This document shows, in pieces, positions 55,065 to 64,000 of a stretch of DNA of 64,000 bases (within the stretch, counting starts at the first letter, position 1; each line of letters begins with the position of its first letter). This DNA comes from Octopus vulgaris (lineage: Eukaryota), in contig OX597838.1 of the NCBI GenBank assembly GCA_951406725.2, positions 33,728,001-33,792,000 on the forward strand, read 5' to 3'. The notes under the pieces were generated by a model that was given only the letters and a program-made list of their open reading frames with translations, searched no databases and was not told the origin of the DNA. A program made the translations under genes and the position numbers.

Positions 55065-55549
55065 TGAGTGAGCGAACAGTCCATGCCATCAAAGTGACAC
55101 TGAGGTAAAATATACGAAGCCCAGTATACCCATCATGACTACCCGTCTGATAACGGGTACACCAGGCACATGCATCACAACCATATGTGTGCGACATGGT
55201 GATCTCATATCAAGATAAACAGCACATGACCTTGCAGGTGGAGCCCAGTTAGAATTTTCTTCAGATTGAGTAACCCATCCCGCTCAAAAGGTCCCTGAAT
55301 AAGGGTTGTTTAAGGACATTGAACGAAACACCCATGTTTCCAGAGGTGAATTATTCAAACCCCAAAGAATCCTTCTCAACACATGGCTATGATGCTCCCC
55401 CACTACTTCTGCTCGTGATCAGAGATGCACATATCGTCAGCCACTAAGGGACATGCTCAACTGGATATGGTCAAACAACTGACAAGCAAATCTGTGGTAT
55501 TGAGCAGAATATTTGCACTAGCCCATCTTTTATACAAAACAAAACAATG
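55065..55549 (-). mobile_element. (TAA)n-associated element, truncated copy
   Basis: Homologue of 31311-31867 lacking about 70 bp at one end. Confidence 0.7.
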
Positions 55550-55566
55550 CTTATCACATCTTTTTA

Positions 55567-55608
<42 letters not shown>

Positions 55609-58600
55609 CAAAACAGGTGGAATATTTGGGCCAGACATGACTGGTGTAACCCTTTAGCATTCAGATTATTCTGTCAAATGTAATATCTATTCACATTGTT
55701 TTGAATGAATCATGCATTATATCACAGCTTTGAGATTTCAATGATGTGATTGTTTCTTCATAGAATGATGTTGTAGGGTAGATGTGAGGGGGGTCAGATC
55801 TGGTCAGTCTGAATGTAAAACAAGAAGAATATTTGGGCCAGATATGGCCTCTTTAGCCCTTTAATATTCTGATTCCTCTCTCAAATGTAATGCTTATTTA
55901 TTCACCTGGTTTGGTCATGTGATGTAGATGGATGCTGACAGCTTCATAAAGAAGTGCCGATTTCTCAAACTAGATGGAACACAAGGGACAAAGTACTGAA
56001 GCATGACCACAGGACCACAGGACACTGAACCTTTCGGGCAAAATGACAAAGGACCAAGATTCCTTGATGCAACGAGCTGGCAGAAACGTTAACGCGATGG
56101 GCAAAATGCTTAGCAGTATTTCGTCTGCCGTTACGTTCTGAGTTCAAATTCCTCCGAGGTCGACTCTGCCTTTCATCCTTTCGGGGTCGATAAATTAAGT
56201 ACCAGTTACGCACTGGGGTCGATGTAATCGACTTAATCCGTTTGTCTGTCTTTGTTTGTCCCCTCTGTGTTTAGCCCCTTGTGGGTCATAAAGAAATAAG
56301 TATTTTGTCTGCTGTTACGTTGTGAGTTCAAATTCCGCCGAGGTTGACTTTGCTTTTCATCCTTTCGAGGTCGATAAATTAAGTACAAGTTACACACTGG
56401 GGTCGATGTAATCAATTTAATCCCTTTGTCTGTCCTTGTTTGTCCCCTCTGTGTTTAGCCCCTTGTGGGCAGTAAAGAAATAAGATTCCTGATGCCTTGG
56501 TGTACTCTAGAAGGCTCATATTCCACAGTAGAAGTATTAAGATCGGCCCTTTTGGTGGTGTAAAGCACATGTGGCGGTACCATGTAAAGTGCTTGTGCGG
56601 GGCCATGTAAAAGTACCTGTGCGGTTCTATGTAAAAGCACCTGTGCAGCACAACACAAAAGCACCTGTGCGGTACCACATAAAAGCACCCAGTACACTCT
56701 GTAGAGTGGTTGGCATTAGGAAGGGCATCCAGCAGTATAAACCATGCCAAAGCAGACTAGGGTCGGGTGCAGCTTGCCAGCCCAAAGTCAAACCATCCAA
56801 CCCATGCCAGCAGGGGCAACAGACATTGAACGATGATGATGATGTTGATGATTGCTTGGAGCTAATGTATTGTCCTGTAGCTTCAAAATTTCGATGATGT
56901 GATTCTCTTTTCTACTCTTTTACTCGTTTCAGTCATTTGACTGCGGCCATGCTGGAGCACCGCCTTTAGTCGAGCAAATTGACGTATTCTTTGTAAACCT
57001 AGTACTTATTCTATCGGTCTCTTTTGCTGAACCTCTAAGTTACGGGAGACGTAAACACACCAGCATCGGTTGTCAAGCGATGCTAGGGGGACAAACACAG
57101 ACACACAAACATATACACACACGTACACATATACATACATGCATATACACATATATACATACATATGACAGGCTTCTTTCAGTTTCCGTCTACCAAATCC
57201 ACTCACAAGGCATTGGTCGGCCCAGGGCTATAGCAGAAGACACTTGCCCAAGATGCCATGCAGTGGGACTGAACCCAGAACCATGTGGTTGGTAAGCAAG
57301 CTACTTACCACACAGCCACTCCTGCGCCTGTTTATGATTGTTTATTTTTAGAGTGACATTGTAGGGTAGGTGTGAGAGGTCAGACCTAGTCAGTTTGAAT
57401 GTAAATCAAGTTGAATATTTGGACCTAATATGGTTGGCTTAGCCCTTTAGCATTCAGATTATTTTGTCAAATGTAATATTTATTCAAATTGTTTTGAATT
57501 AATCATGCATTTTTTTCATAGCTCCAAAATTTTGATGATGTCATCATCATCATCATCATCATCGTTTAACGTCTGCTTTCCATGCTAGCATGGACGGTTT
57601 GACTGAGGGCTGGCGAACCAGATGGCTGCACCAGGCTCCAGTCCTGATTTGGCAGAGTTTCTACAGCTGGATGCCCTTCCTAATGCCAACCACTCCGAGA
57701 GTGTAGTGGGTGCTTTTTACGTGCCACCAGCACGGGGGCCAGTCAAGCAGTACTGGCAACGACCTTGCTTGAATTTTTTTACACATGCCAACAGCACAGG
57801 AGCCAGTAAGGCGATGCTGGTAACGATCCCGCTCGAATGGTGCCTCCTACATGCCACTGGCACAGAAGCCAGTTAGCCGCTCTGGCAACGATCGCGATAA
57901 GTTGGTGCTCTTGGCACCCTACTAGCATGGGGCACAAGTGCCAGTAAGGCGAAGCTGGTAACGATCACACTCGAATGGTGCCTTTTATTTTCCACTGGCA
58001 CGGAAGCCAGTTAGCTGCTCTGGCAACAATCACACTCAAATGGTGCCTTTTATGTGCCACTGGCATGGAAGCCGGTTACCCGCTCTGTCAATGATCATGC
58101 TCGTATCATGCTCGTGCCCGTCATCGAATTTCACTTTGATTTTGATTTCGATTGCATTTGCCTCAACAGGTCTTCACAAGGAGAGTTTAGTGTCCAAAGA
58201 AGGAAAAGGTACGCACAAGTGGGCTGGTTACGCCCCTGGCACAGGCCACGAGGTTATGGTCTCATTTGGCTTGCCGGATCTTCTCAAGCACAGCATATTT
58301 CCAAAGGTTTCGGTCACTAGTCATTGATTGTTTATTTTCAGAATAACATTGTAGGGTAGGTGTGAGAAGCCAAATCTGGCTGGTCTAAACATAAAACAGG
58401 TGTAATATTTGGACAGCATATAGCTGTTAACTTTTTATTATAGGGATGTAAACAAACTAACACCAACCGTGAAGCAATGTGGAGGGACAAACACAGACAC
58501 GCAAATACATAAATGCACACACGCATGCACACACGCGCACACGCACACACACATACACCACGCACACACACATACACCACGCACACACACATACACCACG

Positions 58601-58926
58601 CACACACACATACACCACGCACATACACATGCATGCATGCACACACGCATGCACACACATACGCACATGCACACATATACACATAAATAGACACACATAA
58701 ACACACGCACACACATAAATGCACACACATAGACATACTCACCAACATACACACGTGCATATACATACACACATGTGCACACACACGCATATGCACATGC
58801 ACACATACGCACATAAATACACACATAAACACTCACATAAACACATACACACATAAACACACACATTCTAAAGGGTCGAAACAAATTCGAGCAATGCCGG
58901 GTGATACTGCTAGTATATATATATAT

Positions 58927-59387
58927 AATACAGTATACATTTAAACACATAAGAGATGGCCATAACAGGACATCTGACTCACTAGAAAGAGTAGTTAAAC
59001 TACAAACCACTAATAGTTGTAATTTTGAAAGGAATGAAAAATAAAAACATTTACCCTATTTTTCCTGGACTATGCATAGTTTCAAGTAATCTTTTCTAAA
59101 TAAAATAATTTACAATTGGCAAAGCTCTCATCAGCAGCAAGCCAAGTATTTATCGACTTGTATTTATATGTTAATCTTGGCTTCCAATCTTTACTAATTG
59201 TAAATTATTTTATTTACAAAAGATTACTTGAAACTATGCATAGTCCAGGAAAAATAGGGTAAATGTTTTTAGTTTTCATTCCCTTTCAAAATTACAACTA
59301 TTAGTGGTTTGTAGTTTAACTACTCTTTCTAGCAAGTCAGATGTCCTGTTATGGCCATCTCTTATGTGTTTAAATGTACACTGTATT
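58927..59387. repeat. Long inverted repeat (arms about 58927-59146 and 59176-59387), probable inverted Penelope-like pLTR
   Basis: Arms of over 200 bp are near-perfect reverse complements. Starts at a (TA)n run and contains a hammerhead motif. Confidence 0.9.
59062..59140 (-). ncRNA. Type I hammerhead ribozyme motif with damaged stem II
   Basis: ctg-CTGATGA-gag...ctt-GAAA-CTATGCATAG-TC-cag. Palindromic stem III ACTATGCATAGT. GUC site with predicted cut between 59068 and 59067. Confidence 0.7.
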
Positions 59388-59491
59388 TTTATATGAATAA
59401 TATATAGTCTAATGACTAGTGTCTTCTTCTCGCTGGACGATTGGTAGCAAAGAATTTTTCTAAATCTTTTGCTACACTAAGATTTATCAAT

Positions 59492-59524
<33 letters not shown>

Positions 59525-59577
59525 GTATATATATATGTATATATATATGTATATATATATATATGTATGTATGTATG

Positions 59578-59608
<31 letters not shown>

Positions 59609-59855
59609 TATATATACACACACACAAATAAATGATTTGAGGTAGAATTAAGAAGTATAAAAATCATTATTATGAGTCGATATAGAAAGTCATACCGGTT
59701 TCGTCATCGCTGTTCACTGACTTTAAAGTCATATACGTCTTTGCTTTTATAAAAAAAAACCCATTACTTTTATACCTAGTGTGCATTTTCTTTGTTTCTT
59801 CTTACTGTTCCCCTATTTATACCACGTGTAGTTTTTCTTTGAAATCTGTTTCTAT

Positions 59856-59886
<31 letters not shown>

Positions 59887-60150
59887 TAACCAGTGTTGTT
59901 TGAACGATGAATAGCTTTGCGTAAACCATGGTTCGTATTGTTCTCTTACTTTTTTATCATCTTTTAATCATCTCATAATAATGACTTTTATGACTCGTAT
60001 TACTACCTCAGTCAATCTAAATGTATATATTTGTCATTACCTGTCATAAATAGCTTTTTTTCTATTTGCAATGTGCATTTTCGTTGATTCTTCATATTTT
60101 ACTCTTACATTTCCACGTGTATTTTATATTTTCTTTTCGTAGCATATTTC

Positions 60151-60201
<51 letters not shown>

Positions 60202-60262
60202 TGCTTTCGGTGCGAATGGTTTTTTTATACGGGGATGTTTTTGCAATCATGTAAATAGTAAA

Positions 60263-60478
60263 AATGGTATTTTTATATAAGCTTAAAGTTTATGCTCATC
60301 ACTGTGCAATGACCAAGGAAAATAGTCTAATAAAGGGGCACGTTTCTTTTTCTTCCTTCTTCTCTTTCTTCTTTCTTCCTTTTTCTGTCGAAGGCTTATA
60401 TGTCCCTTTATTCAACCATTTTCTTTTGTCATTGCATGGTTATTGCCATAAGGTTTAAGCTTATATAAAAATACCGTT
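60263..60478. repeat. Degenerate inverted repeat (60263-60340 / 60401-60478), related copy at about 61550-61750
   Basis: aatggtatttttatataagcttaaa...tttaagcttatataaaaataccgtt. Both copies follow (TA)n runs. Confidence 0.7.
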
Positions 60479-60499
60479 AATATATTTATATATATTTTG

Positions 60500-60998
60500 A
60501 AATCGCAATCGAAATTGAAATCAGATTTGATGACTGGCATCCATGCTAGTGGATCGCTAAGAGTACCATATGAGCATGATCATTCCCAGAGCAACAAGCT
60601 GGTCTCCATGCCGGTGGCACGTAAAAACACCATTCGAGCATCATTGTTACCTGCGTCACCTTACTGGTACTTGTGCTGGTGGCATGTGAAAATACATTCA
60701 AGTGAGGTTGTTGCCAGTGCTGCTGGACTGGCTCCTGTGCAGGTGGCACATAAAAAGCACCATTTGAGCGTGGCCGTTGCCAGTACCGCCTGACTGGCCC
60801 TCGTGCTGGTGGCATGTAAAAGCACCCACTACACTCTCGGAGTGGTTGGCATTAGGAAGGGCATCCAGCTGTAGAAACTCTGCCAGATCAGATTGGAGCC
60901 TGGTGCAGCCATCTAGTTCGCCAGACCTCAGTCAAATCATCCAACCCATGCTAGCATGGAGAGCGGACATTAAACGATGATGACGATGATGATGATGA
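60500..60998 (+). mobile_element. RTE-related SINE/non-autonomous retroposon family 3 with (GAT)n tail (representative copy)
   Basis: Repeated GGTGGCACGTAAAAAGCACC units, TGGCATTAGGAAGGGCATCCAGC, and ...TTAAACGATGATGA. Other copies at about 1-558(+), 4467-4960(-), 8171-8358(-), 10805-11040(-), 12115-12610(-), 20100-20583(+), 28020-28243(+), 48855-49170(-), 57540-58320(-). Confidence 0.85.
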
Positions 60999-61047
60999 TA
61001 TATATATATATATATAATCAAAAATAAGCAACAAGAATGGATCCGGT

Positions 61048-61139
61048 AATTTAGTACAATTGTTTCATACTATAACATTTTATTAACAGCTGTAAATATT
61101 ACAGCAGATATAATATGTCAAGTAATCTTCAGCTAATTT
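61048..61139 (-). ncRNA. Type I hammerhead ribozyme motif (left arm of fold-back element)
   Basis: Inverted copy of the 61255-61346 motif with the core intact (tcttcag 61126-32, tttc 61063-66, tac 61055-57). Confidence 0.75.
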
Positions 61140-61254
61140 TATATAGGTTTTGCATAATATAAAGTTCTCAAATCACATCTTTATCTGTATATTTACCTTC
61201 TCTAGGATGTTATTAACTGATTTGAGAACTTTATATTATTGGAAAACCTATATA

Positions 61255-61346
61255 AAATTAGCTGAAGATTACTTGACATATTATATCTGCTGTAATATTT
61301 ACAGCTTTTAATAAAATGTTGTAGTATGAAACAATTGTACTAAATT
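61255..61346 (+). ncRNA. Type I hammerhead ribozyme motif (right arm of fold-back element)
   Basis: ttag-CTGAAGA (61262-68), long stem II, GAAA (61328-31), C-AATT-GTA, then ctaa. Palindromic stem III ACAATTGT. Predicted cut after 61339. Confidence 0.75.
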
Positions 61347-61493
61347 ACCGGGTCCATTCTTGTTGCTTATTTTTTATTATATTCACCCCGCATATTTTTA
61401 TGGGTAAGACCATAAAAAATTCTGGTGCATCTAAATTAAGTACCATATTCATTTGAATCTAAATTGTTTGCTGAACTTATATATATATATGAA

Positions 61494-61550
<57 letters not shown>

Positions 61551-62920
61551 CGGTGCAAATGGTTTTGTTGTACGGTGCCGAGTTTTATAATCCTGTAGAT
61601 AATAATAATGGTATTTATATAAGCTTAAAGCTTGTAGCAATCACTGTGCAATGACTAAGGAAATAATCTAATAAGGGGGCATATAAGCCCTCGACAGAAA
61701 AAGTAGGCTTTCCTATCCGCATGGGACTCAAACCCATATAAGCTTTAAGCATATATACTCTTTTACTTGTTTCAGGCATTTGACTGTGGCCATGCTGGAG
61801 CACTGCTTTCAGTCGAGCAAATCAATCCCAGGACTTATTCTTTGTAAACCTAGTACTTACTCTATCAGTCTCTTTTGCCGAACCGCTAAGTTATGGGGGA
61901 CGTAAACACACCAGCATCGGTTGTCAAGCGATGTTGGAGGAACAAACACAGACACACAAACAGATACATATACACATACATATAATACGACGGGCTTCTT
62001 TCAGTTTCCGTCTACCAAATCCACTCACAAACCACTGGTTGGCCCTTGGCTATAGTAGAAACATTTTACCTAGGGTGTCATTCTGTCACACTGATCCCTA
62101 AATCCTGCCATTGCAAAGTGAGTTCCTTAACTACACAAGATTGTCAGGTTTAAAATATGAGTAAGACATTTCATTATCAGTGAACAAAAAACAGAATTAA
62201 CGAGACCTCTAATTAATTAAGGTTGATATTTTGCAAACAACTTGCACATTATAGGTGCAAGAGTGGCTGTGTGGTGAGTTGCTTGCTTACCAACCACATG
62301 GTTCCGGGTTCAGTCCCACTGCGTGGCACCTTGGGCAAGTGTCTTCTACTATAGCCTCGAGCCGACCAAAGCCTTGTGAGTAGATTTGGTAGACGGAAAC
62401 TGAAAGAAGCCTGTCGTATATATGTATATGTATGTGTGTGTATGTTTGTGTGTCTGTGTTTGTTCCCACCAGCATTGCTTGACAAGCGATGCTGGTGTGT
62501 TTATGTCCCCGTCGCTTAGCGGTTTGGCAAAAGAGGCCGATAAAATAAGTACTAGGCTTACAAAGAATAAGTCGTGGGGTCGATTTGCTCGACTAAAAGC
62601 AGTGCTCCAGCATGGCTGCAGTCAAATGACTGAATCAAGTAAAAGAGTAAAAAAGAGAGAGTATTCCAGTACTACCAGTTGAAAGCTCTGCATACAGGAA
62701 GCCAGCAAGTGTATGGGGTCATCAGGAAAGAATGCGCACCGTTTTGGGGCCTACCTCTCGACGGCATCATTACACACCACCCCCAACTCACTGATATGAG
62801 GCCCTGCTTGCTAGATCAACTAGTTATCAAATATAACCAGATGATCTAGTTATGTAGTAGTAGTAGTAGTAGTTGTGGTTGTAATAATTGTTGCTGTTGC
62901 TGTTGCTGTTGAGCGAACGG

Positions 62921-63277
62921 TCTTAGTCCTAGAGCTTGCAAGATGGGAGAAGTCCGAAACGTGGTCCTTTGCTATTCGTAAGAGCCGCAGAAGAGAAAGC
63001 AGGTCAACCCCCGACACCGAGAGCATCGACGGATGGATGAATGCGCATCCAGGCTCAGCGGTTGCGTAGGAAGTCGGGGACAAGAAACAGGAAGAAAGAG
63101 CGAGAGAATGTTGGGGCGAAAGAGTACAACAGGGGTCGCCACCATCCCCTGCCGGAGCCTCGTGGGGCTTTAGGTGTTTTCGCTCAATAAACACACACAA
63201 CGCCCGGTCTTGGAATCAAAACTGCGATCCTTTGACCGCGAGCCTGCTGCCCTAACCATTGGGCCATTGCGCCTCCA
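62921..63277 (-). mobile_element. tRNA-Arg-like-headed SINE family 4
   Basis: Head GGAGGCGCAATGGCCCA(G/A)TGGTTAGGGCAG...TTCGATTCC is shared with copies starting at about 41871, 48256 and 49997. (CAA/CAG)n tail. Confidence 0.8.
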
Positions 63278-63553
63278 CTGATGTTGATGTTGAACCACAG
63301 GCTTACCTGCTCACTCTACTAGAAAGAGCAGTCTTTCAAATCACATTCTAACCAAATTAAAGGAGGAGAGATACATTGGATAATGCAGTCTAGAAACTGG
63401 TGTTTTTTTCCTGCATGGAAACTGAATTTTTCAGACCAAAATTTACAGCCGAAAGTGATTCGAATTGACTTATATTCCCAAATCACTTTGGAACACCAAA
63501 AATTCTATGTGAAATGCAGCAGAATTTGGAAATGTTTGTTTTTTATTCTTTTA

Positions 63554-63921
63554 CTACCACTGTGACCCGGCGTTGCCGGGTCATAGTGCTAGTGCATGCA
63601 TATACAGCTGCGTGCGTGCGCACATACACACGAGTACTGTCCAAATCTCCGACGAATCATATACAGCTGGCTGGCATTCAATTGGCGTATCAAGTTTCGG
63701 GAATTTTGATTGGGTTTTGGATAGAAAATTCACAAAAAAGTCACTTCTATTGATTTTTGAATGGCTTTGCTGGGTGACTGGGGAAATGTAAAGATGTGCA
63801 TGACCACCCTTGGGCGGTTTTGAATGACCATAGAAAGTGCGACCCCTCTAACTGAAAAATTGTGGATTTGTATAAAGGACACACACACAGACAGACATTT
63901 TGCCGTTTATATATATAGAGA
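63554..63921 (-). mobile_element. Non-autonomous Helitron
   Basis: The minus strand starts A|TCTCTATATATATAAA and ends with a GC-rich hairpin and GTAG|T (mutated CTAG). No TSD. A related 3' end (GCAATGCCGGGTGATACTGCTAG|T) lies at about 58880-58913. Confidence 0.7.
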
Positions 63922-64000
63922 TTTGTTTCAGTCATTAGACTGTGGCCATGCTGGGGCACCACCTTGAATAATTCTTTGTTGAATGTATCAACCCCAATAA

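Larger units (their letters stand above)
61012..61382. repeat. Long inverted repeat (arms about 61012-61175 and 61218-61382), probable inverted Penelope-like pLTR
   Basis: Arms of about 164 bp with a 42-bp spacer and (TA)n flank. An extra hairpin follows at about 61384-61428. Confidence 0.9.

Overview
Repeat-saturated, AT-rich metazoan DNA. The SINE families and microsatellite density suggest an octopus or other cephalopod genome (inference). Nearly all ORFs in the supplied track are microsatellite or SINE artefacts. Two short coding exons are missing from the track: the first coding exon of RPB10/POLR2L (minus, 12074-11980) and a probable first exon of RP2/XRP2 (plus, 36773-36846, MGCLCPK...KYSW). 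A Merlin (IS1595-like) transposon with an uninterrupted 290-codon transposase, altered at a catalytic residue, sits head-to-head with the probable POLR2L promoter. The rest is tRNA-derived SINEs, CR1/RTE/R4-type LINE fragments, Tc1/pogo, piggyBac-type and Merlin-type MITEs, and a Helitron. Highlights: (TA)n-flanked fold-back elements at 58.9-61.4 kb carrying type I hammerhead ribozyme motifs, one with a motif on both strands; variant CUGUNGA hammerhead-like motifs; a pre-tRNA-Glu/SINE chimeric retrocopy; two piggyBac-MITE pile-ups; and a triplication with a templated insertion. Repeat boundaries were read by eye and are approximate unless a TSD or TIR is cited.
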